Assembly (NCBI GenBank): GCA_025057275.1
Contig: JANWXQ010000019.1
Location: forward strand, 2,254 to 66,253
DNA: 64,000 bases
Direction: 5' to 3'
From: Chitinophagales bacterium
GTDB taxonomy: Bacteria > Bacteroidota > Bacteroidia > Chitinophagales > UBA10324
The notes beneath the pieces were generated by a model, which ran no database searches, had not been told where the DNA came from, and worked only from the letters and a program-made list of their open reading frames with translations. Below are positions 16,573-26,105 of the stretch, piece after piece. A program made the position numbers and the translations under genes. How positions within the stretch are numbered: position 1 is the first letter of the stretch; every line of letters begins with the position of its first letter.

Positions 16573-18720
16573 TTACCGGCGAAGTTCTAATTCGTTCAGC
16601 AGATAACCCGCCCCGCCCAGGCGATCGATAACAAATAGCACGTAACGGATATCTACGGCTATGTTGCGGCAGAAGGCTGCATCAAAGTAGACATCGCTCA
16701 TGGTGCCTTCCCAGCATCGGTCAAAGTTGATCCCGATCAGCTCTCCCCTGGCATTGAGCACGGGGCTGCCGCTGTTGCCTCCGGTAGTGTGGTTAGCGGC
16801 CACGAAGCAGGTAACCAGTTCGCCATCAGCATTGGCATAGGGAGTTGTTTCTGCCGATCGGATCAACGCAACAAAGTCGGAAGGCAGATCAAACTCTTCA
16901 TCGCCGGGCCTGTATTTTTCCAGTACCCCTTTTGCGGTGGTGTAATGGCGGTAATGCACGCCATCGCGGGGTTGATAGCCTTCCACGCGTCCGTAGGTGA
17001 GGCGCAGGGTGAGATTGGCATCAGGAAAAAAACGGCGCTCGGGAAACAGTTCCATCAGCGCCTGCATGTATTGCCGGTTCAGTCGCATTACCTGCTCGTT
17101 CCATTTCTGATATGGTGCGGTGATGAATTCCGCCTGATAGGCACTTAGTTTGATGGTTGTCTGATATACCGGATCGGCCTGAACTTTCCTGGCCACTTTT
17201 AGATCCCATTGCTGCAGCCACTTCTGTGCGGTGCCATCATCCAGAAGGGACCGCTCAAAAAGCTGGCGGCTGTATGCGCTCCAGTCTCCGCGAAGCCGCT
17301 GCACCTGTTGCAGCAGAAACCCGGGAACCCGATCTGTTCGTTCCCTGTATCGCTGCAGCAAAGCTTCCATGACCAATCTGTCGGTCCGGGCGTCGTAGTT
17401 GCGGTAAAAATCAGCAAGCTGCCCATTGACCTTTTCACGCAGGGATTCAATCACTGTGGCCTCAGCGCCTGCCAGTGTGGAATCCACGAGGGGTTGCAGC
17501 AGCAGTGCAGGTCGCCAGACTTCTATAGCCATAACGGCTTCATTCCAGCAATCCATGGCATATTGGTAGGGCCGCAGGCTGTCGTAGCTCATCTGCAACG
17601 AATCCAGCAGCTGAGCCCGGCCGGCAACCCCCTGCCCGGCAGCCCGCTGGCGGAACAAGGCTTCTTCGTTGCGCTTCATGCCCACAACATCAACCCGACT
17701 CAGACCGTATTGCTCACCCTGCCATTTTTTGTGTGTGTTAGACAACGCATAATATTTTGCTACATACTTCAGGCGAACGGTATCGTTCTGCAGCATGCGC
17801 TGCCACCATACGCTCATTCGTTCGCCGCGCAGGGCAATGCGCACCGGATTGGATACTTCGTACAGCACCTGCACGCCATAGGAGGTAAGGTATTGCGAGG
17901 TGCGACCCGGAAAACCATAAACCATCGTCAGGTCGCCGGCCTGAACCCCCTTCAGGCTAATGGGCAGCCAATGGCGCGGGCGATACGGAACGTTTTGCTC
18001 CGAATAGGCTGCCGGCAAATTGTCCTTTCCTGCATAGATGCGGAATACGGCAAAGTCGCCCGTATGACGGGGCCACATCCAGTTATCGGTGTCGCCGCCG
18101 AAATTGCCAATGGACTGGGGAGGAGCTCCTACCAGCCGCACATCCCGGAATTCTTCTGTAACAAAAAGAAAATACTGATTGCCCTGATAAAACGGACGGA
18201 CAAACGCTTTATACCGACCGCCCAGTGCTGCCTGGGCAGCAAGCATCCTGCCAATGCTGTCCACCCGCCGCTGACGTAGGGATTCCGTTGCGGCACTGCC
18301 GATGGCCTGAAGCACGGCGTTGGTAACTTCTTCTACCCGGTTGATCACTGTAACGTTCAGGCCGGGACAGGGCAGTTCTTCCTGCCGGTTGCCCGCCCAG
18401 TACCCGTGGGTGAGCAGGTCGCGTTCCAAAGTGCTGAGCTGCTGCAACACTCCGCGGGCACAGTGATGATTGGTGAACAGCAACCCTTCCGGAGAAACTA
18501 TTTCGCCGGTACACCCCCCGCCAAACAACACGATGGCATCCTTAACTGAAGGTTTTTCAACGGAAAACAGATCAGCAGCCGTGAGCGTCAATCCTTTCTG
18601 CTGCATATCGGTTAAGACGGCCTCCGGCAGCTGCCAGGGCATCCACATGCCCTGACCTGAACACCACAACGGCAGGGCTGGCAACAAAACAGCAAGGCGA
18701 AAACAAAAAGAAATATTCAT
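16573..18720 (-). CDS. S46 family dipeptidyl-peptidase (DPP7/DPP11 type)
   Basis: GGCTGEIVSPEGLLFTNHHC (catalytic His) and TTGGNSGSPVLN (catalytic Ser), with a signal peptide starting at ATG 18720 (MNISFCFRLAVLL). Confidence 0.9.
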   Translation of the reverse strand: MNISFCFRLAVLLPALPLWCSGQGMWMPWQLPEAVLTDMQQKGLTLTAADLFSVEKPSVKDAIVLFGGGCTGEIVSPEGLLFTNHHCARGVLQQLSTLERDLLTHGYWAGNRQEELPCPGLNVTVINRVEEVTNAVLQAIGSAATESLRQRRVDSIGRMLAAQAALGGRYKAFVRPFYQGNQYFLFVTEEFRDVRLVGAPPQSIGNFGGDTDNWMWPRHTGDFAVFRIYAGKDNLPAAYSEQNVPYRPRHWLPISLKGVQAGDLTMVYGFPGRTSQYLTSYGVQVLYEVSNPVRIALRGERMSVWWQRMLQNDTVRLKYVAKYYALSNTHKKWQGEQYGLSRVDVVGMKRNEEALFRQRAAGQGVAGRAQLLDSLQMSYDSLRPYQYAMDCWNEAVMAIEVWRPALLLQPLVDSTLAGAEATVIESLREKVNGQLADFYRNYDARTDRLVMEALLQRYRERTDRVPGFLLQQVQRLRGDWSAYSRQLFERSLLDDGTAQKWLQQWDLKVARKVQADPVYQTTIKLSAYQAEFITAPYQKWNEQVMRLNRQYMQALMELFPERRFFPDANLTLRLTYGRVEGYQPRDGVHYRHYTTAKGVLEKYRPGDEEFDLPSDFVALIRSAETTPYANADGELVTCFVAANHTTGGNSGSPVLNARGELIGINFDRCWEGTMSDVYFDAAFCRNIAVDIRYVLFVIDRLGGAGYLLNELELRR

Positions 18721-18894
18721 TGATGAGAAAACAGGACCACGAAAGCGGGTGAAAAAGTAGCAAAGTTTCTTTTGCCTCAACGCAGGCATGCATCCCGTTG
18801 ATGACCGGAACGCCCCGCTCTTGATGGCAGGATTAACCGTAGCGGTAACAAATAACCTTTATCAATATCTACCTTAGCCGTCTTGCAGAAAAAG

Positions 18895-19416
18895 ATGAGC
18901 AGGGAATTGCGTTACGGCCTATGGGGTGGACTGGCTCTGTGGATCTGGATGACGCTTGGATATGTGGTTGGCTGGCATCGTGGACCGGCCAACCTGTATG
19001 CCGCATTGGCCAGTGCGTTGTTGCTCAGCCTGTTCATCTATCTGGCCATTCGCCACAAGCGCGATCACGATCAGGGCGGCTGCATCCGTTTTCGTGAAGC
19101 CTTTCTGGCCGGAATGATGGTCAGTTTTGTTTCCGGCTTGATGGTGGGCGTTTATTTGATGGTGTATTCCAGCTACATCAATCCGGGGGAAGTAGAAGCC
19201 GTAGTGGCAGAAACCCGCAGGTGGTATGAAGCCCGGCAATTACCTGCCGAGCGCGTAGAGGAAGCCGTCAAAGGCGTACGCGCCAGCTACACCAAATTCG
19301 GCCGCCTCACGTACGGCATTGGCAATGCCATGCTGCTGGGTGCGGTGGTGTCGCTGATTTGCGCTGCCTTGATGCGGCGCACGGAAGCAGAATCCGACCC
19401 AAATGCCCCCTCATGA
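18895..19416 (+). CDS. DUF4199-like integral membrane protein
   Basis: About 174 aa with four predicted TM helices and a central hydrophilic loop, as in Bacteroidota DUF4199 proteins. The first ATG is at 18895 (ORF-track 18883 is a TTG). Confidence 0.55.
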   Translation: MSRELRYGLWGGLALWIWMTLGYVVGWHRGPANLYAALASALLLSLFIYLAIRHKRDHDQGGCIRFREAFLAGMMVSFVSGLMVGVYLMVYSSYINPGEVEAVVAETRRWYEARQLPAERVEEAVKGVRASYTKFGRLTYGIGNAMLLGAVVSLICAALMRRTEAESDPNAPS

Positions 19417-20801
19417 GTGATTATCGTGCTGCCTCGGTAAAACCGGCATTGCCTTCCGGCATGCGCGACTTCGGGCCACAGGAAGTGGGCCGGCGCCGCT
19501 ATCTGTTTGACACCATGAGGCAGGTGTTTGAACGCTACGGCTACCAGCCACTGGAAACACCGGTTATGGAACTGCTCAGCACGCTGGAAGGAAAGTATGG
19601 CGAAGAAGGCGACCGTTTGTTGTATCGTGTGCTGAACTCCGGTGATGCCTTTGCCCGATGGAAAGAGCAACATGCCGAAGTGCGTTTGGGCGCGTTTTCC
19701 TTTCCGCTGCGCGACATAACGGAAAAAGGATTGCGCTACGACCTGACCGTTCCCTTTGCCCGCTATGTGGTGATGAACCGTCACCGGCTGGCATTTCCTT
19801 TCCGCCGCTACCAGATCCAGCCCGTTTTCCGGGCCGACCGGCCTCAAAAGGGCCGCTACCGCGAATTCTATCAATGCGATGCCGATGTAATCGGCAGCCG
19901 CTCGCTGGTGCATGAAGCCGAACTGATTAAAATATATGATGATGTATTCACGGCTCTTGGCATCCGCGTCACCCTGCGCATCAACAGCCGCAAGGTGCTG
20001 CTCGGCTTGGCCCAGCATTGCCGGGCCGAATCCCGGTTCACTGCCTTTACCGTTGTGTTGGATAAACTGGACCGCCTGGGCTGGCAGGGTGTGGATGAAG
20101 AACTGGCCGCCATGGGCTGGACTGCAGAGCAGCGGAGCGAACTGCATGCGTTACTGCAACTGCAGGGCAATAACCTGCAGCGCCTGGAACAGGCTGAACA
20201 CCGGCTGCGGCAGACAGCCGCTGAGGAAGGCTGCCGCGAACTACGCCAAACCCTGCATTGGCTGCATGCCCTCGGCGAGCCGGTGCAACAGGTGGTGGTG
20301 GATTTTTCCCTGGCCCGCGGATTGAACTACTATACCGGCATCATTTACGAGGTCGCCAGTGCACAGGGTACCCTGAAATCCAGCCTGGGTGGCGGCGGCC
20401 GCTACGATGATCTGACCGGTATCTTCGGCCTCAGCGGCGTCAGCGGCGTAGGCATCTCTTTTGGTGCCGACCGCATTTACGACGTCATGGAAGAGCTGAA
20501 CCTTTTTCCCCCCGCAACAGTTGCCGGAACACGCATTCTGTTTTGCTGTATGGATGAAGCGGCCATGTTGTGGTCGGCCCCTTACCTCACTGCCCTGCGT
20601 CAGAACGGACTGGCGGCCGAAATGTATCCGGAACCCGAAAAGCTGCAGAAACAGCTGAAGTATGCCCATGCCCGCAACATCCCATTTGCAGCCCTTGTAG
20701 GCGAACAGGAGCGAACCAGCGGAAGGGTAACCCTCAAAGATCTGAACAGCGGCCAGCAGCAATCCGTTCCACCGGAAGAATTATATGAAAAAATAAAATG
20801 A
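19413..20801 (+). CDS. hisS: Histidine--tRNA ligase
   Basis: LPSGMRDF, class II motif 2 (FRRYQIQPVFRADRPQKGRYREFYQCD), motif 3 (GGGGRYDDL). ATG 19413 overlaps the upstream stop (ATGA). Confidence 0.95.
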   Translation: MSDYRAASVKPALPSGMRDFGPQEVGRRRYLFDTMRQVFERYGYQPLETPVMELLSTLEGKYGEEGDRLLYRVLNSGDAFARWKEQHAEVRLGAFSFPLRDITEKGLRYDLTVPFARYVVMNRHRLAFPFRRYQIQPVFRADRPQKGRYREFYQCDADVIGSRSLVHEAELIKIYDDVFTALGIRVTLRINSRKVLLGLAQHCRAESRFTAFTVVLDKLDRLGWQGVDEELAAMGWTAEQRSELHALLQLQGNNLQRLEQAEHRLRQTAAEEGCRELRQTLHWLHALGEPVQQVVVDFSLARGLNYYTGIIYEVASAQGTLKSSLGGGGRYDDLTGIFGLSGVSGVGISFGADRIYDVMEELNLFPPATVAGTRILFCCMDEAAMLWSAPYLTALRQNGLAAEMYPEPEKLQKQLKYAHARNIPFAALVGEQERTSGRVTLKDLNSGQQQSVPPEELYEKIK

Positions 20802-22792
20802 AAAAAAGCAGGAAAAAGACAGCGGCCGATGCCCATGCCGTGTTGCCGCACAGTTTTTTTTCCGATCTGGATGTTCATCTGTTTCGTGAAGGGAATCACT
20901 ACCGCCTCTACGAAAAGTTTGGCGCCCATGTATGCGATAAGGACGGATTGCCCGGAACCTATTTTGCCGTTTGGGCACCCAATGCCGAATACGTCAGCGT
21001 AGTCGGCAACTTCAACGGCTGGAATCGCCGTGCCCACCCCCTGAAGGTGCGTTGGGACGAGTCGGGCATCTGGGAGGGATGGATCCCTTACGTCGGCAAG
21101 GGGGATTTGTATCGTTTTTTTATTCAATCCAAACTGTTTAACGCCGAAATGGAAAAATGCGATCCCTTCGGCTTCATGCACACCCAGCCTCCCCATCCGG
21201 CCAGTCGCATTCACGACACCTGGTACGAATGGCGCGATGAGAAATGGATGAAATTCCGTAAAACCCGGAATGCGCTCACCGCCCCCTTTTCCATTTACGA
21301 ACTGCACCTGGGCTCATGGCGCCGCAGCCCCGACGACCCCGACAAGGTCCTGTCGTACCGTCAAATCGCCGAAGCGTTGGTTCCGTACGTCCAATACATG
21401 GGCTTCACTCATGTGGAGCTGTTGCCTGTTATGGAGCATCCGTTTTATGGTTCCTGGGGCTATCAGATCACCGGCTACTTTGCGCCTACCTCACGAATGG
21501 GTTATCCGCAGGATCTGATGTTTTTGGTGGACGAACTGCACCGCAACGACATCGGCGTGCTGCTGGATTGGGTGCCTTCTCATTTTCCCGATGATGCCCA
21601 TGGATTGATCCGCTTTGACGGCACTGCGCTCTACGAACACGAAGACCGTCGCAAGGGCTATCACCCCGACTGGAACAGCTACATTTTCAACTACGGCCGC
21701 AACGAAGTGCGCTCGTTCCTGATCAGCAGCGCCTGCTTCTGGCTGGACCGCTACCACGCCGACGGCCTGCGCGTGGATGCCGTAGCTTCCATGCTGTATT
21801 TAGACTATTCCCGTCAGCCCGGCGAGTGGATTCCCAACGAACAAGGCGGCAGGGAAAATCTGGAGGCCATCGCTTTTCTGCGTCAGCTCAACACCGAAGT
21901 GTATCGCTCTTTTCCCGACGTGCAAACTATAGCCGAAGAATCCACCGCTTTTCCCAAAGTCAGCCATCCCGTAGAACACGACGGACTTGGCTTTGGCATG
22001 AAGTGGATGATGGGCTGGATGCACGACACCCTCCAGTATTTTGCCAAGGATCCCGTTTACCGGAAATATCACCACAATCTTATTACTTTTTCTATTATGT
22101 ATGCATTTTCGGAAAATTTTGTTCTTCCTTTTTCGCACGATGAAGTGGTGCATCTGAAAAGGTCCATGCTGGGCAAAATGCCCGGCGACCGCTGGCAGCA
22201 GTTTGCCAACCTGCGGTGTTTGTACGGCTACATGTATGCGCACCCCGGAGCCAAGATGTTGTTCATGGGCGCTGAGTTCGGTCAGCAACACGAATGGAAC
22301 CACGAAAAATCGCTGGATTGGCACGAGGCCGCCGACCCGGCCAACAAGGGGCTGGAAAACTGGGTGCACGACCTGAACCACGTGCTGCGGACCGAGCCGG
22401 CTTTGTATCAGAAAAATTTCTCTTCTGAGGGCTTTCAATGGCTGGTTGTGGATGATGCCGAGCAGAGCGTTATTGCCTTCCTGCGGCGGGGTAACCTCAA
22501 GCGCGACCTGATCGTTTTTGCGGCCAACTTTACCCCTGTGCCCCGCCCTAATTACGTTATCGGCGTGCCGGTCCGCGGCCGCTACCGCGAACTGCTCAAC
22601 AGCGACGATGTTCGCTATGACGGAACCGGCCATCACCTCAATGGCGAACGAAAGGCTGAGCTTCATGCCCAAGGTTCTTTTCCTTACCGCATCACCGTGA
22701 ACCTGCCTCCCCTGGGTGTAGTGTTTCTCAAATGGCAGGCCCCGCGCAGATCCAGACTGCCACGCAGGGTATCCGGCAAAACCGCCAACTGA
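20798..22792 (+). CDS. glgB: 1,4-alpha-glucan branching enzyme
   Basis: GH13 blocks DWVPSHF, DGLRVDAV, AEEST, FSHDEVVH; size and CBM48-like N-terminus fit GlgB. 4-nt ATGA overlap with hisS. Confidence 0.9.
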   Translation: MKKSRKKTAADAHAVLPHSFFSDLDVHLFREGNHYRLYEKFGAHVCDKDGLPGTYFAVWAPNAEYVSVVGNFNGWNRRAHPLKVRWDESGIWEGWIPYVGKGDLYRFFIQSKLFNAEMEKCDPFGFMHTQPPHPASRIHDTWYEWRDEKWMKFRKTRNALTAPFSIYELHLGSWRRSPDDPDKVLSYRQIAEALVPYVQYMGFTHVELLPVMEHPFYGSWGYQITGYFAPTSRMGYPQDLMFLVDELHRNDIGVLLDWVPSHFPDDAHGLIRFDGTALYEHEDRRKGYHPDWNSYIFNYGRNEVRSFLISSACFWLDRYHADGLRVDAVASMLYLDYSRQPGEWIPNEQGGRENLEAIAFLRQLNTEVYRSFPDVQTIAEESTAFPKVSHPVEHDGLGFGMKWMMGWMHDTLQYFAKDPVYRKYHHNLITFSIMYAFSENFVLPFSHDEVVHLKRSMLGKMPGDRWQQFANLRCLYGYMYAHPGAKMLFMGAEFGQQHEWNHEKSLDWHEAADPANKGLENWVHDLNHVLRTEPALYQKNFSSEGFQWLVVDDAEQSVIAFLRRGNLKRDLIVFAANFTPVPRPNYVIGVPVRGRYRELLNSDDVRYDGTGHHLNGERKAELHAQGSFPYRITVNLPPLGVVFLKWQAPRRSRLPRRVSGKTAN

Positions 22793-22857
22793 CCGGAAGC
22801 CACCTGCCCCCGCTAACTGCTATCCACTATTTTCGTCGGAGCCAAAACCATTTTTCG

Positions 22858-24699
22858 ATGCCTTGGTTGCTGCTGCGCCTGGTTGCCCTGCTTATCCTTT
22901 GCACCACTGCCGGTGGCTCCACGCCCATCCGCAAAGTGCAGCCGGCGTTTTGGTATGCCGGCATGAAGCAGGATACCCTGCAGGTAATGGTTTATGGCGA
23001 AAAAATGGCCCAATGGAAGGTAGCGGTTTCCGGCACTGCCGTGGAATTGCTGCACACGCGTACCACCGAAAATCCCAACTACCTGTTTGTGTATCTCAGC
23101 CTGCGTGGCGCACCGGCTCAGACGTGTACGCTCACGTTCACGCAGGGGAAAAAGAAAATGCATCAGCTCTATGAATTGCGCAGCCGCAGCCGGAAACCGG
23201 AGGAGGTGCAGGGATTCAATGCCAGCGATGTGATGTACCTGCTTTTTCCCGATCGCTTTGCCAACGGCGACCCGACCAATGATGTACTTCCTTCCCTAAA
23301 GGAAAAAGCAGTGAACCGAAATCAGCCCGCAGCACGGCACGGCGGCGACCTGCAAGGCATAATCAATCATTTGGACTATCTGGCTGATCTGGGCATCACC
23401 TGCCTGTGGCTGAACCCTGTGCTCATCAACGATCAGCCTGCCTATTCCTACCACGGCTATGCCGCTACCGACCTGTACGAAGTGGATCCGCGCCTCGGAA
23501 GCAACGAGCTCTATGCCGCGCTGGTTGCCAAAGCCCATGAGTACGGCATTAAGGTCATTCAGGACGTGATCTATAACCACATTGGCAACGAGCACTTCCT
23601 GATTCGCGATCCGGTGTCATCGGCCTGGGTCAATCAGTGGGAGCAGTTTACCCGATGCAACTACCGTCCTTCTTCCCTCATCGATCCGTATGCTGCTGCT
23701 GCCGATGTCCGCCGCACCGTAGCCGGTTGGTTCGACACCCACATGCCCGACCTGAACCAAACCGACACCCTGCTGGCCGATTATCTGATCCAGAACACAA
23801 TCTGGTGGATTGAATACGCCCGGCTCGATGGTCTGCGCATTGATACCTATCCGTATCCCTATCCCGACTTCATGAATCGTCTGGTGCGCCGGGTAAAAAC
23901 CGAATACCCGAACATCAGCATGGTAGGCGAAGTGTGGGATCAGACCATCAATCATGTGGCCTGGTTTCAGCATGGCTCTCCGCTGAATCGCCGGGGCAGC
24001 GAATTAGACTACCTTTTTGACTTCAACCTCTATTATGCCATACGCGATGGCCTGCGCGAACCGTTCGGATGGACTACCGGACTAACTCGGATCTACTACA
24101 CTCTGGCGCAGGACTTTGTATACGGTGACCCCTACAAGCTGGTTACCTTTCTGGACAATCATGACGTTAGCCGTATTTACTCCGAGCTGGGCGGCGACTT
24201 CAACAAATGGAAACAGGCCGTTACGCTGTTGCTCACCCTTCGGGGCATCCCGTGCATTTACTACGGCACCGAATTGCTGTTCAGCGGTTTTGCCAATCCC
24301 GATGGGCTGGTGAGGCAGGATTTTCCCGGAGGATGGCCCGGCGATGCCGTCAACAAGTTTGCGCCGGCAGGCCGCAGCGAACAGGAACAGGAAGCCTTTT
24401 TGTTCGTACGCAGGCTGATTGAATTCCGGAAAAATTATCCGGTAATGCAAACAGGAAAAATGCGCCATTTTGTTCCGGAAAATGATGTATATGTCTTTTG
24501 CCGCTACGATAACCGGGATGTGGTGGTCGTGGCCATCAATACCTCGGCCGAAACCAAAACTTTGGATCCCGGTCGGTATGGTGAAGTGTTGCATGGCTAC
24601 CGTCAGGCCGTTGACGTACTGAGCGGAGCGCTGCATGCCGACGTACGTAATCTGCAGGTAGGCCCGCAGGGATGTGCAGTCTTTCTGCTGCGTAAATAG
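22858..24699 (+). CDS. Secreted GH13 alpha-amylase family enzyme (cyclomaltodextrinase/neopullulanase-like with N-terminal beta-domain)
   Basis: Signal peptide from ATG 22858 (MPWLLLRLVALL). GH13 blocks DVIYNH, LDGLRIDT, MVGEVW, FLDNHD. Confidence 0.85.
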   Translation: MPWLLLRLVALLILCTTAGGSTPIRKVQPAFWYAGMKQDTLQVMVYGEKMAQWKVAVSGTAVELLHTRTTENPNYLFVYLSLRGAPAQTCTLTFTQGKKKMHQLYELRSRSRKPEEVQGFNASDVMYLLFPDRFANGDPTNDVLPSLKEKAVNRNQPAARHGGDLQGIINHLDYLADLGITCLWLNPVLINDQPAYSYHGYAATDLYEVDPRLGSNELYAALVAKAHEYGIKVIQDVIYNHIGNEHFLIRDPVSSAWVNQWEQFTRCNYRPSSLIDPYAAAADVRRTVAGWFDTHMPDLNQTDTLLADYLIQNTIWWIEYARLDGLRIDTYPYPYPDFMNRLVRRVKTEYPNISMVGEVWDQTINHVAWFQHGSPLNRRGSELDYLFDFNLYYAIRDGLREPFGWTTGLTRIYYTLAQDFVYGDPYKLVTFLDNHDVSRIYSELGGDFNKWKQAVTLLLTLRGIPCIYYGTELLFSGFANPDGLVRQDFPGGWPGDAVNKFAPAGRSEQEQEAFLFVRRLIEFRKNYPVMQTGKMRHFVPENDVYVFCRYDNRDVVVVAINTSAETKTLDPGRYGEVLHGYRQAVDVLSGALHADVRNLQVGPQGCAVFLLRK

Positions 24700-24702
24700 C
24701 TG

Positions 24703-26088
24703 TCAGCGCCCGGCAAAGTGACGATCGCTACGGTCCTCCACACGCAGCACCGACAAACCGGCCAAAATGAGCAAGACACCGGCGGCCACCAGGGCAAAGA
24801 TGGGCTGACTCTGGTAGGCATATTTCACAAGGGGACCGCCGATCAAGCCGTTGACGATCTGGGGAAACGTAATGAAAAAATTAAAAATTCCCATATAAAT
24901 TCCCATTTTTCCGCTGGGAATCGCTCCGGCCAGAATGGCGTAGGGCATGGCCAGAATACTGGCCCAGGCAATGCCCACGCCTACCATGGACAACAACAGC
25001 CATTGCGGGTCGCGGATCACGTACATGCTGATCAGACCGATGCCGCCGATTAACAGGGCGTAAAAGTGTGTACGACGCCGGCCTATGCGGGCGGCTATCA
25101 TGGGGAGAAACAAGGCAAACAACGCGGCCACGCCGTTGTACACACCAAACAGGATGCCTACCCAGTTGCCGGCATCCTGAAACCGCTCGCTGTGCACATC
25201 GTCCACCGCCAGTCCGTAATGGTGCGTAGCCAGCGCCGGCGTAGTGAACACCCACATGGAAAACAGCGCAAACCAGCTGAAAAACTGCACCCATCCCAGT
25301 TGTTTCATGGTGCGCGGCATATGGGCAAAATCATGAAGGATCTGACGCAGCGGATTGTACCTTTCTCTTTGTTCCTCCGAGCCGAAATATTTTTTGTATT
25401 CTTCGGGAGGAAATTCCTTGGTGGTGATCACCGTCCACAGGATGGCGATCAGAAAGGTTACCGCGCCGAAATAAAAAGCCAGCTTCACGTTTTCGGGCAC
25501 TTCGCCGGCTGCTGCTGTTTTCTCAATGCCCATCCATTCGGCAAATACATAAGGCAGCCACGATCCGACTACGGCCCCAATGCCTATGAGAAAGGTTTGC
25601 ACGGCAAAACCGGTGGTGCGCTGTTCATCGGGCAGGTTGTCGGCTACCAGAGCACGGAACGGCTCCATGGCAATATTGAAAGAGGCGTCCATGATCATGA
25701 GAATGCCGGCCCCTATGTACAGGGCAGGGATCAGTCCGGCCAGCAAGGAAGCATTGGGCATAAACATCAGACCCAGAGCGGCGAGAATGGCACCGGCCAG
25801 AAAGTAGGGCCGCCGCCGCCCCAGGGCCGTCCAGGTGCGATCGCTGAAATACCCCACCAGCGGTTGCACCAGCATGCCGGTCAGCGGGGCCACCAGCCAA
25901 AACCACGACAGATGCTCCACGTCGGCGCCGAACGTCTGCAGAATGCGTGAAGCATTGCCGTTTTGCAGGGCAAAGCCAAACTGAATGCCCAGAAAACCAA
26001 AACTCATATTAAAAATCTGCGAAAGCGACATGCGCGGTTTCGTCAGCAACCCCTGTTCACCGTTGGGCATCTGTTGGTTCATGTTCAT
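24703..26088 (-). CDS. MFS/GPH-family sugar:cation symporter (maltose/maltodextrin transporter candidate)
   Basis: 12-TM protein with the LVQPLVGYFSDRTW...GRRRP motif typical of SLC45/GPH-like sugar transporters. Lies directly downstream of a GH13 gene. Confidence 0.75.
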   Translation of the reverse strand: MNMNQQMPNGEQGLLTKPRMSLSQIFNMSFGFLGIQFGFALQNGNASRILQTFGADVEHLSWFWLVAPLTGMLVQPLVGYFSDRTWTALGRRRPYFLAGAILAALGLMFMPNASLLAGLIPALYIGAGILMIMDASFNIAMEPFRALVADNLPDEQRTTGFAVQTFLIGIGAVVGSWLPYVFAEWMGIEKTAAAGEVPENVKLAFYFGAVTFLIAILWTVITTKEFPPEEYKKYFGSEEQRERYNPLRQILHDFAHMPRTMKQLGWVQFFSWFALFSMWVFTTPALATHHYGLAVDDVHSERFQDAGNWVGILFGVYNGVAALFALFLPMIAARIGRRRTHFYALLIGGIGLISMYVIRDPQWLLLSMVGVGIAWASILAMPYAILAGAIPSGKMGIYMGIFNFFITFPQIVNGLIGGPLVKYAYQSQPIFALVAAGVLLILAGLSVLRVEDRSDRHFAGR

Positions 26089-26105
26089 GGATATGGGAAA
26101 AACGA

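Noticed and set aside
17209-18279. 356-aa ORF antisense to the S46 peptidase gene
   Set aside because: Shadow ORF. The sense strand encodes the catalytic His and Ser motifs of S46, and the antisense product is low-complexity.
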